This document shows positions 1-8,925 of a DNA stretch of 64,000 bases, piece by piece (within the stretch, counting starts at the first letter, position 1; each line of letters starts with the position of its first letter). This DNA comes from an uncultured Chloroflexia bacterium. GTDB lineage: Bacteria > Chloroflexota > Limnocylindria > Limnocylindrales > CSP1-4. Under the pieces are notes generated by a model that saw nothing but the letters and a program-made list of their open reading frames with translations, had not been told where the DNA came from and did no database searches. The DNA lies in assembly GCA_963809595.1 (NCBI GenBank), contig CAWEKG010000002.1, forward strand, positions 724,713 through 788,712, read 5' to 3'. The position numbers were made by a program, and so were the translations under genes.

Positions 1-553
1 CGGAGCTCCTCGGCGCGCTCGGTGCGCAGCGAGATCATCGCCGGGTCGGTGGTCCCGGTCAGGCCCAGGGCCATGGCGGCCAGGCTGGCCCGGTCGGCGC
101 CGGCCTCCGTGCTCGACCCCATCACCAGCTCCGGGTCGGTCGGATCGATCCTCGCGACGGGCTTCCGCGTACGGGCCCGGCGGACCGCGATCCGGATGGC
201 GATCCGGCCGAGCCACGCCCCGAACGGCCCCTCACCACGCCACCCGGCGAGCGAGCGGTAGGCGATCACGAACGCCTCCTGGGCCGCATCCTCGGCTTCG
301 TGGAGATCGCCCAGGACGCGGTGGCAGGCACGAACGACCGAGGTCGACTCGCGCTCGACGAGGTAGCGGAACGCGTCTCGGTCTCCGGCCAGCACGGCAT
401 CGACGGCCCGCCGCGCGTCGGGATCGTCGCGAGGCGGAGGGGCGGTCGAGGTCGACGGGTCTGGATGGATGATCCGGGCTCCGGATAGGTGGCCACGCCG
501 GTCGATCGCCGTGACCGCGATGCGGTCCGATGATGCAGGTCGAGCGTGGCCAT
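1..553 (-). CDS. ECF-type sigma-70 factor, partial (C-terminus runs off the window start)
   Basis: The minus-strand frame is open to position 1, so it is absent from the ORF track. It reads AVDAVLAGDRDAFRYLVERESTSVVRACHRVLGDLHEAEDAAQEAFVIAYRSLAGWRGEGPFGAWLGRIAIRIAVRRAR, which is sigma-70 region 2 of ECF sigmas. The only SD+ATG (aaagga-N8-ATG at 553) is in a different frame. The start is therefore unresolved, or there is a frame switch near ~515. Confidence 0.6.
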
Positions 554-637
554 CGTCAGGGTCCTTTGGTCACGACCCGGAACGGTACATCCCGGTCCGG
601 GTCGGTGGGTTCGACCGTCGATCGGTCGCAGGGATGG

Positions 638-1141
638 TCAGCCGTTCGACCCGCCGTCGGTGGCCTCGGGGGCCTCGGTCGGCTCGGGCGTCTCGGCCGG
701 CTCGGGCTTCTCGGTCGCCTCCGGCCGGTGGGTCGGCTTCGCGGTCGGGTGGTGGTCGCCGCCGGACTGGTGGTCACCGCCGGCATGCTCGCCCGACTCG
801 TCCTCGCCCTGGTCGTCTTCGGCCTCGGCGGTCTCGGTCGCTTCCGTCGTCTGGGCGGTCTCGGTCGTCTCCGTCGTGACGGTCGTCTCGGTCGTGGAGG
901 TCGTCTCGGAGGTGGTGGTCGTGTCCGACGTCTCGGTCGTCTCGGAGGTGGTCGTATCCGACGTCTCGGAGGTGGTGGTCGTCTCGCCTGACGTGAGCGT
1001 GCTCTCGGAGGTGGTCAGGATCACCGGCCTGCCGACCGAGGGGGCGTTCAGGACGGCGTCGGCTCCGAGCGCGATGCCGCCGACGAGGAAGACGGCGACG
1101 GCGCCGGCGCCGAGTGCCTTGATCGGTCGAGTCTTGTCCAC
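638..1141 (-). CDS. membrane-anchored Thr/Glu/Ser-rich low-complexity protein
   Basis: ATG ORF with an N-terminal hydrophobic helix (ALGAGAVAVFLVGGIALGA). This is followed by ~90 aa of TSETT/TTETT repeats and an acidic, His-containing tail. The overlapping + strand ORF 546..1526 is Arg/Ser/Val-rich junk. Function unknown. Confidence 0.5.
   Translation of the reverse strand: MDKTRPIKALGAGAVAVFLVGGIALGADAVLNAPSVGRPVILTTSESTLTSGETTTTSETSDTTTSETTETSDTTTTSETTSTTETTVTTETTETAQTTEATETAEAEDDQGEDESGEHAGGDHQSGGDHHPTAKPTHRPEATEKPEPAETPEPTEAPEATDGGSNG
860..995 (-). repeat. in-frame coding tandem repeat (about 27-30 nt units)
   Basis: Units such as cgtctcggaggtggtggtcgtgtccga, cgtctcggaggtggtcgtatccga and cgtctcggaggtggtggtcgtctcgcc follow one another. 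They encode the TSETT-type repeats of the 638..1141 protein. Confidence 0.6.
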
Positions 1142-1240
1142 GGTGGTTCCCTTCCCGGATGACGAGCGGTGCCGCTCATCTCCACCGAGACCACCGGGGA
1201 CCGGAAGGTTTCAGACGGGACGACTCGGGCCCGTGGTCGC

Positions 1241-2649
1241 TCAGCCGACCGGGGCGGCCGCCTCGTCGCGGACCACCTCGAGCTCGGCGTACCCGAGCGC
1301 GGCAAGACCGTCGAGACGGTCGCGGCGTCGCCGACCAGGACCGCCGAGGCGTCCTCCAGCCGGAGGTGCTTTCGGGCCGCCGCGAGGACGTCGCCCACGG
1401 TCACAGCCTCGATCCGGGCCCGGTAGGTGGCCAGCTCGTCGTCGGGCAGGTCGTGGACGACCATCCCGGAGAGGGCGCCCACCACGGGCCCGGGCGTCTC
1501 GAACCGGAGCGGGAAGACGCCGATGAGGAAGTCGCGGGCGGCCCGCAGCTCGGCCTCGGTCACCCGCTCGGTCCGGATCCGTTCGAGCTCGGCGAGGAGA
1601 TCGGCCAGCGCCGCGGCGGTGACCTCGGTGTTCACGGCGGCCCGGGCCGAGAACGGCCCGGCTGCCCGACGCAGGTCGAAGCCGGCGTGGGCGCCGTAGG
1701 TATAGCCCTTCTCCTCGCGGAGCTTCATGTTCAGGCGGGAGTTGAACAGCCCGCCCAGGATGGCGGCCATCACCGAGACCGCATGGAAGTCGGGGATCCG
1801 GCGGGGCGACCCGACATGACCCACCCGGATCTCGGTCTGCGGCGCGCCCGGCTTGTCGACGAGCAGGAGGCGACGGCCCGCGCCGGCGGGAGCTGCGGTG
1901 ATCGGGCCGGGTGCGAGCGCCCCGGCGGCGCGGCGCCAGGACCCCATCGCCCGGGCGATGAGACCGACCGGGTCGATGCCCTCGAGGTCGCCGGCGACCA
2001 CCACGGTCATCCGGGTCGGATCCAGTCCTCGCCACCAGGCCGCCTCGAGCCGGCCGCGGTCCAGCCCGGAGACCGTGCCCGTGACGCCACCGGCCGGCCG
2101 GTGGTAGGGCGAACCGTCGCTGTAGACCGTCGCCGAGAAGGCCTCGTCGACCCGGCGACGGGCGTCGGCCCGGGCCTGGAGGATGTCGTTGAGCCGCTCG
2201 TCGCGGATCCGCTCCACCTCGGCGGCCGGGAAGGTCGGATGCTCGGCGACCTCGGCGAGCAGCTCCACCGCCGCCGCCAGGCGCTCGGCCGGGACGTCGA
2301 CGCCGACGAAGTAGGCGTCCCAGCCCGCCTCGGCGTGGAGACTCGCGCCGAGTCGCTCGGTCGCCTCGACCAGGGCGACCGCGTCGTAGCGCTCGGTCCC
2401 TTCGGTCAGGGCCCGGGCCGAGAGGACGGTCGCCCCGGCCTCGCCGGCGGGCTCGTCCGCCGCTCCGTTGCGGAGGATGAGCTGGGTGCTGACCAGGGGT
2501 CGGCCTGGAAGGTGGACGGTCAGGACGGTCAGCCCGTTGGCCAGCGTCGCCCGGTCGAACGCGGGGAATTCGTAGGGGCGGGGCTGGCCCGGGGTGGGTC
2601 GGGTGGCGATCACCGTCGGGCCGGGGTCGCGGGTGGCCGGGCCGGTCAT
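1241..2649 (-). CDS. M16 (pitrilysin) family peptidase, non-catalytic beta-like subunit; apparent frameshift near the 3' end
   Basis: The M16 fold is readable (LANGLTVLTVHLPG..., GYTYGAHAGF..., FPLRFETPG), and there is no HxxEH motif. The ATG overlaps the upstream gene's stop (ATGA). After ...LVGDAATV (~1315) the conserved C-terminus LDGLAALGYAELEVVRDEAAAPVG* continues in another frame and stops at 1241. The uninterrupted ORF instead runs to 1048 with an Arg/Ser-rich tail that overlaps the next gene. Confidence 0.75.
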
Positions 2650-4000
2650 GCCGCCTCCTCCTCGTCACCCTCGTCGGTGCCCGGAGCCGCCTCGGCATCG
2701 ATCGGACCGGGCACCTCCTCGGCCGGCGGCAGCGCCGGCAGGTAGGTCAGGACCACCCGGTTCTCGACCCGGAAGACCTCGCCGGCCACGGCCCGGATCC
2801 GAGCCGGGGTCACCGACAGGTAGCGCCCGAGCATCCGGTTGATGAGGTCCGGATCGTCGAACAGGGTCGCGTACATCGACAGGCGATCCGCCCGCTCCTC
2901 GACCCGCTGGAGGGCGCCGAGCTCCTCGGTCTCGATCAGGGCATGTGCCCGGGCGAGCTCGTCGTCGCTGACCGGCTCATCGGCCAGGCGGGCCAGCTCC
3001 TCGAGATAGGCCGCCTCGACCCGTTCGATGGCGACGCCCGGCCGGACCGTGGCCCAGCCTTCGACGACGGAGGCCCCGCCGACGAACCCGAGCGCGTAGG
3101 CGACGACATCCTGGGCGATCCGCTCGTCCCGGACGAGCCGCCGGTGGAGCCGGCTGCCCTTGCCCCCGGCGAGCACCTGCATGGCGACCTCGAGGGCGTC
3201 GAGCCGCTCGTCGCCCAGCATCGGCGCCCGGAACCCGAAGTAGATCCGGGGCAGCGGAACCCGATCCTCGACCACCTCGCGACGCTCGCCGCCGAGCGAC
3301 AGGTCGACCGACAGGTCGCCCAGGGCGGGATCGACGGGTTGGCCGGGATCCCCTCGAAGTAGCGCTCGACCCAGCCTCGGGCCAGCGCCGGATCGACGTC
3401 GCCGACGATCGACAGGACGGCGTTGTTCGGGGCGTACCAGGTCCGGAAGAAGGCCGAGACATCCTCGATCGATGCGGCGTCGAGGTCGGCCATCGAACCG
3501 ATCGTCGGGTGGTGGTAGGGATGGTCGGGCGGGAAGAGATGGCCCTGGAGCTTCTCCGACCAGGTCCCGTAGGGCCGGTTGTCGTACGACCAGCGCTTCT
3601 CGTTCTTGACCACGTCACGCTGGTTGTCGAGGTTCTCCTGGGATAGCGCGTCGAGGAGGGTGCCCATCCGGTCCGCCTCCAGCCACAGGGCGATCTCGAG
3701 CTGGTGCGACGGCATCGTCTCGAAGTAGTTGGTCCGGTCCAACCAGGTGGTCCCGTTCATCGTCCCGCCGGCCGCCTGGACGAGGGCGATGTGCTCGGCC
3801 TTGCCGACATTGCGGCTGCCCTGGAACATGACGTGCTCGAACAGATGAGCGAAGCCGGTCTTGCCGGCGACCTCGTGCTTCGAACCGACGTCATACCAGA
3901 CGTTGACCGCCACGACCGGGGCGAGGTGGTCCTCCGCGATGATGAGCCGGAGGCCGTTGGCCAGCCGCTCATCGGTGAAGCGGACGACGGGGATCGACAT
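2646..4000 (-). CDS. M16 family zinc peptidase (HxxEH), frameshifted as assembled
   Basis: Zinc motif GFAHLFEHVMFQGS. The start is taken at ATG 4000, preceded by GGAG-N8. The N-terminal 2/3 lies in ORF 2936..4138 up to ...YFEGIPANPSIP. The C-terminal 1/3 (ALGDLSVDLSLGGERREVVEDRVPLPRIYFGF...) lies in the frame of ORF 2646..3275. The switch is at ~3325-3330, in gggcggga. Confidence 0.8.
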
Positions 4001-4098
4001 GCAGCGAGCTCCCTCGGCGAGGACCTTGGCGGCGGTCGGCGCGACCGCGGCGATTGTATGGGCGCCGGCCACGGAACGCACCCGTCCCGATGCCGGGC

Positions 4099-4126
4099 TT
4101 GACATAGGTTCGACCCGTGTTAGATT
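4099..4126 (+). promoter_or_regulatory. candidate sigma-A type promoter of the ArsR-like gene
   Basis: TTGACA (4099-4104), a 16-nt spacer, then TAGATT (4121-4126). It lies ~33 nt upstream of ATG 4159 in an AT-rich island of a GC-rich genome. Confidence 0.45.
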
Positions 4127-4146
4127 GATGTCTAACATCTGTTAGG
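4118..4146. promoter_or_regulatory. palindromic operator candidate TGTTAGA-N6-TCTAACA plus a third half-site
   Basis: Perfect 7-nt inverted arms at 4118-4124 and 4131-4137 with spacer ttgatg. The palindrome overlaps the -10 element. An extra half-site TGTTAGG is at 4140-4146. The site lies in the divergent region between the M16 peptidase gene and the ArsR-like gene. Confidence 0.5.
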
Positions 4147-4158
4147 AGACACGCACCT

Positions 4159-5277
4159 ATGGCCCGCAGCGCGGCGCGCATCCGCTCGAACGACCCGGTC
4201 CCCGCCCGGCCCCGGGCGATCGTCCGCGACTTCTCGCGTTCCGGCAACAGCGCGATCCCCGAGGTCGAGTTCGACGTCCGGACGGTCTACGACTTCGTGT
4301 TCAGCCTGTCCGAGGAGGCCGGCAGCGTGGACGAGCTCCCGGCGCCCGACCGGGCCTGGCTGGCCGAAGCACGGGCGGGGCTCCGCGAGGAGGTCGGCGA
4401 GGCGTTCGACGAGTACCGGATGGACCTCTGCGTGGTGATGGCCGGACTGGCGGTCGACCGGCCCGAGGTCCGCGACGCGGCCGGGTTCGTGGCCCTCGTC
4501 GCCGAACTGGATGACGACACGATCGTCCGGGCGGTCCTGGCCGACGACCTCCGCGACCCCGAGCGGCGGGCCGTGACCGAGCGGGCGTTCGCCGGTGACG
4601 ACGCGGCCATCAAGATCCTCGTCGCGGACGTCGCCGAGGGTCACGGCCCCGAGAAGCAGGCCCGCTTCGAGACGATGGTCCGCGATCCGTCGAGCGCCGT
4701 CGGTCCGGCCCGGTCGGTCATCGCCGCCTGGCTGCCCCGCTTCCGCCCGATCGAGGCGCGGGTCGGCGCGATGATCCGGCGCGACGCCGACAGCCGGGTC
4801 GGCGACCTCGTCACGCTGTCGGCGACGGACCTCATCGAGCGCACGACGGGCGGCATCCGCTGGCTCGCCGAGCCGGGGGTCCGTCGGGTCATCCTTGCCC
4901 CGTCGTACTTCGCCCGGCCGTACAACTACGCCCTCGGCGGGCTCGACTGGCGCCTCTTCGGATACCCGATCGGCGACGAAGCGGTGGTCGACGTCGACCC
5001 GCTGGCGCCACCGCCGGCGGTCGTCCGGCTGCACCGGGCCCTGGGCGACGAGACCCGCCTCCGGATCCTCCGCCTGCTCGCGACCCGGGATCACTACCTG
5101 ACCGAGATCGCCACCGCACTCGAGCTCTCGAAACCGACCATCAAGCACCACCTGGCCCTGATGCGGGCTGCCGGGCTGGTCACCCTGACCGAGGAGGGCG
5201 GCCTGTCCTACTACAGCCTCCGCCGCGGGGCGATCGAGGCGAGCGGGATGGGGCTCTCGGACTACCTCAGGAGCTGA
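4159..5277 (+). CDS. ArsR-family transcriptional regulator with a long N-terminal domain
   Basis: C-terminal winged HTH: ALGDETRLRILRLLATRDHYLTEIATALELSKPTIKHHLALMRAAGLVT. It follows a ~280-aa non-HTH domain. Confidence 0.8.
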   Translation: MARSAARIRSNDPVPARPRAIVRDFSRSGNSAIPEVEFDVRTVYDFVFSLSEEAGSVDELPAPDRAWLAEARAGLREEVGEAFDEYRMDLCVVMAGLAVDRPEVRDAAGFVALVAELDDDTIVRAVLADDLRDPERRAVTERAFAGDDAAIKILVADVAEGHGPEKQARFETMVRDPSSAVGPARSVIAAWLPRFRPIEARVGAMIRRDADSRVGDLVTLSATDLIERTTGGIRWLAEPGVRRVILAPSYFARPYNYALGGLDWRLFGYPIGDEAVVDVDPLAPPPAVVRLHRALGDETRLRILRLLATRDHYLTEIATALELSKPTIKHHLALMRAAGLVTLTEEGGLSYYSLRRGAIEASGMGLSDYLRS

Positions 5278-5329
5278 GCCCGCCGGACCCGGCCGCGACC
5301 GCGAGGTCGCGGCCACCATCGGGCCTTCA

Positions 5330-5349
5330 TGTTAGACCGATGACTTACA
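5330..5349. promoter_or_regulatory. second, degenerate copy of the TGTTAGA-N6 operator
   Basis: TGTTAGA ccgatg ACTTACA. The left arm is identical to the 4118 site, the spacer length and its GATG are the same, and the right arm matches 5 of 7 positions. It lies in the AT-rich stretch just after the ArsR-like gene. Confidence 0.35.
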
Positions 5350-5416
5350 GGTGAACGAGATGAATTGCACAGACGGCAGGACCCACGATCGATCTCGACG
5401 AGGAGGAGGAGCGGAC

Positions 5417-5629
5417 GTGCAGACCCAGGAGGACCTCTTGGTGATCCGGTCCCGGATCACGGTCGAACAGGATCACGCTCGAGTCGAGAACGCCCTCCGG
5501 GCGGCGCGCAGGCCCGGCCGGCCGTCGCCCGGCCGGGCCTGGCTGGGTCGGCGTCTCATCGCGCTGGGGACGTTCCTGGCCAGCGATCCCGGGGCGGCGC
5601 GCCGGCCGATCGCGGGTCGCCCCGGCTGA
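5417..5629 (+). CDS. small hypothetical protein (about 70 aa)
   Basis: GTG at 5417 is preceded by a strong SD (aggaggaggag, 5 nt spacing). The C-terminal part is partly hydrophobic (WLGRRLIALGTFLA). I recognise no family. Confidence 0.3.
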   Translation: MQTQEDLLVIRSRITVEQDHARVENALRAARRPGRPSPGRAWLGRRLIALGTFLASDPGAARRPIAGRPG

Positions 5630-5721
5630 TCCGGGCCGGTGCGACATGACCCGAACGTACTCCGCTCGCCCGGGTCCGTCGGGCGATGGGAAACCCCGCT
5701 CGCTCCTGACACAGTCGGGCG

Positions 5722-7221
5722 GTGCCCCACGATACCGCCCACCCGACCCGTTCCCTCCACGTCCGGCGCGGCCTCGTCCAGGCCGTCATCGGCCTGCTGG
5801 TCGCCGCGCTCCTCGTCCTGACCCTGCCGGCCGGTGAGGCCTCGGCCTGGTCGCCGCGCGCACCGCGCGGTGACTACAGCCCGCGTCACGTCTGGCAGCT
5901 CAAGGACAATTGCGTCTGGGCTGCCGGCCAGATGCTCGTCGACAAGTGGACCCACGGCCAGGTGCGCGTCTCGCAGGCCCGACTCCGGCGGGCGTCCGGC
6001 GACAAGAAGGGCGGCTCCAGCCTCTACGAGCTCTCACGGGGGATCGCCCGCCTGACCGGCATCCGGCTCCATTCGTCGCCGGGACTCGGCGACTCGATGA
6101 CCTGGTGGCAGCTGCTCGACCGTCTCGAGCACGGCGGCGGGGCGGTCCTCATCGGGGAGTACCGGCGCCTGCCCGCCGCGTTCACCCGCTGGGACCGCAG
6201 CTTCGCCCGGAAGCGCAAGTCGAGTCACGCCGTCTACGTCGAGCGCTACGACCGCGCGCACGGGCGGGTCTGGCTCATGGATCCGCTCGCCGTCGGCGAC
6301 TACCCGGGCGAGTGGATCGGGGTGGCCGCCCTCTACCATTACGCCTCCTTCAAGGGCGACAAGGTGATCGCCGCGGCGACCCCGGCCACCCATCGGGTCA
6401 CGACCGCGCCGCTCATCGATCCCGCCTACGCGGTCCGCGGTCCCGTGCTCGCTCGGACCGCCGTGGCCGGCTCCGCGCTCCGCGTCAGCGTCCCGCTCAA
6501 GATCCGTTTCGGCTTCCCCGCCCCGGCGGCCCAGCGCTTCGTCGGGACCTGGGAGCCGGTGGTCGACGCACCTGCGGCACGGACGAGCGCCGTGTCGCGG
6601 GCCGTGGTGGACACGACCGCGTCCGTCGGCGCCGACGCGGCCGAGCCGGTGACGGTGGCCACGGCCTCGGGTGTCGGCCGGCCGAGCCGGCACGGCTTCG
6701 GGGGCACGATCCCCGTCCCGGAGGTGCCGGGCCGCTACCGCCTGAGCCTGGGCCTGGCCCAGGGCGCGACGGGCCCGCTGAGCCGGCAGTTCGCCCCGGT
6801 CGAGATCGAGGTCATCGGGGCCTACGCCGCGAGCTGGTCCGTCCAGGCCCCCGCCCAGACGACCGTCGGCGATTCGATCGTGGTCAGGATCGCGGTGACG
6901 AACATCGGGACCGTCGACTGGCGCCCGCCCGAAGCGGGTCCGGACGCCCCGCGTCAGACTCCGACCCGGCCTCAGACGATGGTCGTCATCCGCTGGGTCG
7001 CTCCCGGCCGGGTCCTGCCGGCGGCGACGCTGCCGGCCGAGGTGGGCCCGGGTGCGTCCGCCCATCTCAAGCTCCATCTCACGGCACCCACGACGGCCGG
7101 CCCGTGGACCCTCGTCCTCGACCTCGTCAACGTCGAGCAGGGTTCGCTGGCCTCGACCGGCCTCGATGTGCCGGCCGTCCCTGTCCTGGTCGATCCGAAG
7201 GGCCTCGCCGGCGAGCCCTGA
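5722..7221 (+). CDS. secreted/anchored protein with a C39-like (papain-fold) cysteine peptidase domain and C-terminal Ig-like repeats
   Basis: N-terminal signal/anchor (LVQAVIGLLVAALLVLTLPAGEASA). Candidate catalytic Cys in DNCVWAAGQML and candidate His/Asp in SSHAVYVERYD...VWLMDP. The C-terminal half has CARDB/NBR1-like strands (GDSIVVRIAVTNIGTVDW). The domain call is from motif recognition only. Confidence 0.55.
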   Translation: MPHDTAHPTRSLHVRRGLVQAVIGLLVAALLVLTLPAGEASAWSPRAPRGDYSPRHVWQLKDNCVWAAGQMLVDKWTHGQVRVSQARLRRASGDKKGGSSLYELSRGIARLTGIRLHSSPGLGDSMTWWQLLDRLEHGGGAVLIGEYRRLPAAFTRWDRSFARKRKSSHAVYVERYDRAHGRVWLMDPLAVGDYPGEWIGVAALYHYASFKGDKVIAAATPATHRVTTAPLIDPAYAVRGPVLARTAVAGSALRVSVPLKIRFGFPAPAAQRFVGTWEPVVDAPAARTSAVSRAVVDTTASVGADAAEPVTVATASGVGRPSRHGFGGTIPVPEVPGRYRLSLGLAQGATGPLSRQFAPVEIEVIGAYAASWSVQAPAQTTVGDSIVVRIAVTNIGTVDWRPPEAGPDAPRQTPTRPQTMVVIRWVAPGRVLPAATLPAEVGPGASAHLKLHLTAPTTAGPWTLVLDLVNVEQGSLASTGLDVPAVPVLVDPKGLAGEP

Positions 7222-7299
7222 TCACCCTCGGCCGGGCGCCCTCATCCCCGGGATGTCGGGCCAGCCTTCTGCCGAGGATGCGGGGTAGACTCCCCCATC

Positions 7300-8925
7300 G
7301 TGAGCTGCCGCCCCGTCCCCCGGAGCCCGACCGCCGTCGGGCGAGCTGCGGCGGCGGCGGTCGCGAGCCTGCTCATCGCCCTCGCCGCGCCGGCGGTCGT
7401 GAGCGCCCACCAGCTGACCGGGCGGTTCGCGTCGCCGATCCCGCTCGGCGCCTATCTCGTAGGCGCGGTCGCCGCGGTGGCCGCGTCGTTCGCGATCGTC
7501 CTCGGGCGACCGGGTGCGCCGGTCCGCCCGTACCCGGAGCCGACGCCGTCCCGGACGGTCGGCGTCGCCCGCCCCGTCGCGATCTCCCTGGCCGCGATCG
7601 GGCTGCTCGGCTGGACCTGGATCGTGGTCCAGGCTGTCGTCCTGGGAGGTCACGCCGAGGGCGACGTCGCGTCCCTCTTCCTGTGGGTCTACGGGTGGGT
7701 CGGGCTGGCCATGGTCTGCGCCTTCATCGGCCCGGCCTGGGAGTACCTCGACCCGTTCGGCACGCTCCACCGGCTGCTCGCGGCCGGACTCCGAGCGGTC
7801 GGGCTCGCCGGTGGCGCCCCGGCGCCCTATCCGGCCCGCCTCGGACGATGGCCCGCCGCGATCGGCCTGGCGCTCTTCGTCTGGCTCGAGCTGGCCGTCC
7901 CGGCGGCCCGCAGCGGGCAGGCCCTCGGGCTCGTCATGCTCGGTTACACCGTCCTCACCCTCGTCGCGATGGCCCAGTACGGGCGGGCCGCCTGGCGGCG
8001 CAACGGCGAGGTCTTCTCGGTCTGGTTCGGCCTCGTCGGCCGCCTCGCGCCGCTGGCCCTGGCGGGCGATCCCGCCGCCGAGCGCCCGGGCCGGATCTCG
8101 GTCCGCCGGTTCGCCTCCGGGCTGCTCGACGCCGAGGGTGACCTCCCGAGCCTGATGATGGTCTCCTTCGCCGTCGCCGGGATCCTGTACGACGGCCTGT
8201 CCCAGACCCAGGCCTTCTTCGACGCGTTCGGCGCGCCGGCCGTCGGCGGACAGACGCTCCTGCTCGTCGCCTGGCTGGCGCTCATCGGGCTGGCCGCGTA
8301 CGCGGTCGGGCGGCGCGTCGGCATCCCGGCCCTGGTCGCCGGGCTCATCCCGATCGCCGTGGGCTACCTTGTCGCCCACTACCTGACCTACCTGCTCTTC
8401 GACGGCCAGCGGATCGCCTACGCCCTGACCGACCCGCTCGGACTGGGCTGGGACGTGCTCGGCCTGGCCGGCTTCGAGCCGGCGACGAGCTGGCTCCCGG
8501 GCGGCGTCGCCTGGAGCATCGCGCTCCTGGCCGTCGTCGGCGGCCACGTCCTCGGCGCCTGGGCCGGGCACTCGGTGGCCCTTCGCGAGGCCGCCCGGGG
8601 TCGGGGGCCGCTGGGCGGGCTGGACGCCCGAGCGCTCCGGGCCCGCCAGCTCCCGCTCGCCGCGATCATGGTGGGACTGACCGCCCTGACCCTCTGGTCG
8701 CTGGGTCAGGCGATCGTCGCGACCCCGGCCGAGCCGGCCGCGACCGGGCCCCGACCGGCCGGGACCCACTCGGCCAGCGAGCGGACCTCCGACAGCCGGT
8801 CGAGCACGGCCGGGTCGAGCGCCTCGGCGGCGGCCACGGCAGTCTCGATCGCGGTCAGGCAGAGGATCCCCTCGGCGGTGGCCGCCAGCCGGATCTCGGC
8901 CGCGTCGCGGACCGCCCCCGACTGA
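7300..8925 (+). CDS. polytopic membrane protein (10 or more predicted helices), function unknown; 3' end doubtful
   Basis: GTG ORF that is hydrophobic throughout (for example LFLWVYGWVGLAMVCAFIGPAW and LLLVAWLALIGLAAYAVG). The last ~70 codons overlap the carB 3' end antisense and turn Ser/Ala/Arg-rich. The true stop is probably missed. Confidence 0.6.
   Translation: MSCRPVPRSPTAVGRAAAAAVASLLIALAAPAVVSAHQLTGRFASPIPLGAYLVGAVAAVAASFAIVLGRPGAPVRPYPEPTPSRTVGVARPVAISLAAIGLLGWTWIVVQAVVLGGHAEGDVASLFLWVYGWVGLAMVCAFIGPAWEYLDPFGTLHRLLAAGLRAVGLAGGAPAPYPARLGRWPAAIGLALFVWLELAVPAARSGQALGLVMLGYTVLTLVAMAQYGRAAWRRNGEVFSVWFGLVGRLAPLALAGDPAAERPGRISVRRFASGLLDAEGDLPSLMMVSFAVAGILYDGLSQTQAFFDAFGAPAVGGQTLLLVAWLALIGLAAYAVGRRVGIPALVAGLIPIAVGYLVAHYLTYLLFDGQRIAYALTDPLGLGWDVLGLAGFEPATSWLPGGVAWSIALLAVVGGHVLGAWAGHSVALREAARGRGPLGGLDARALRARQLPLAAIMVGLTALTLWSLGQAIVATPAEPAATGPRPAGTHSASERTSDSRSSTAGSSASAAATAVSIAVRQRIPSAVAASRISAASRTAPD

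Noticed and set aside
5910-8141. Very long ORFs in the supplied track. Examples are 5910..8141, 7222..8769, 8956..10947, 12145..14724, 10701..12407, 41557..42726, 60005..62146 and the first 1380 nt of 56610..59081.
   Set aside because: They overlap genes with clear family motifs, in other frames or on the other strand. Their translations are Arg/Pro/Gly/Asp-rich with no recognisable motif. In DNA this GC-rich, stop codons are rare in every frame, so ORF length is not evidence of coding.
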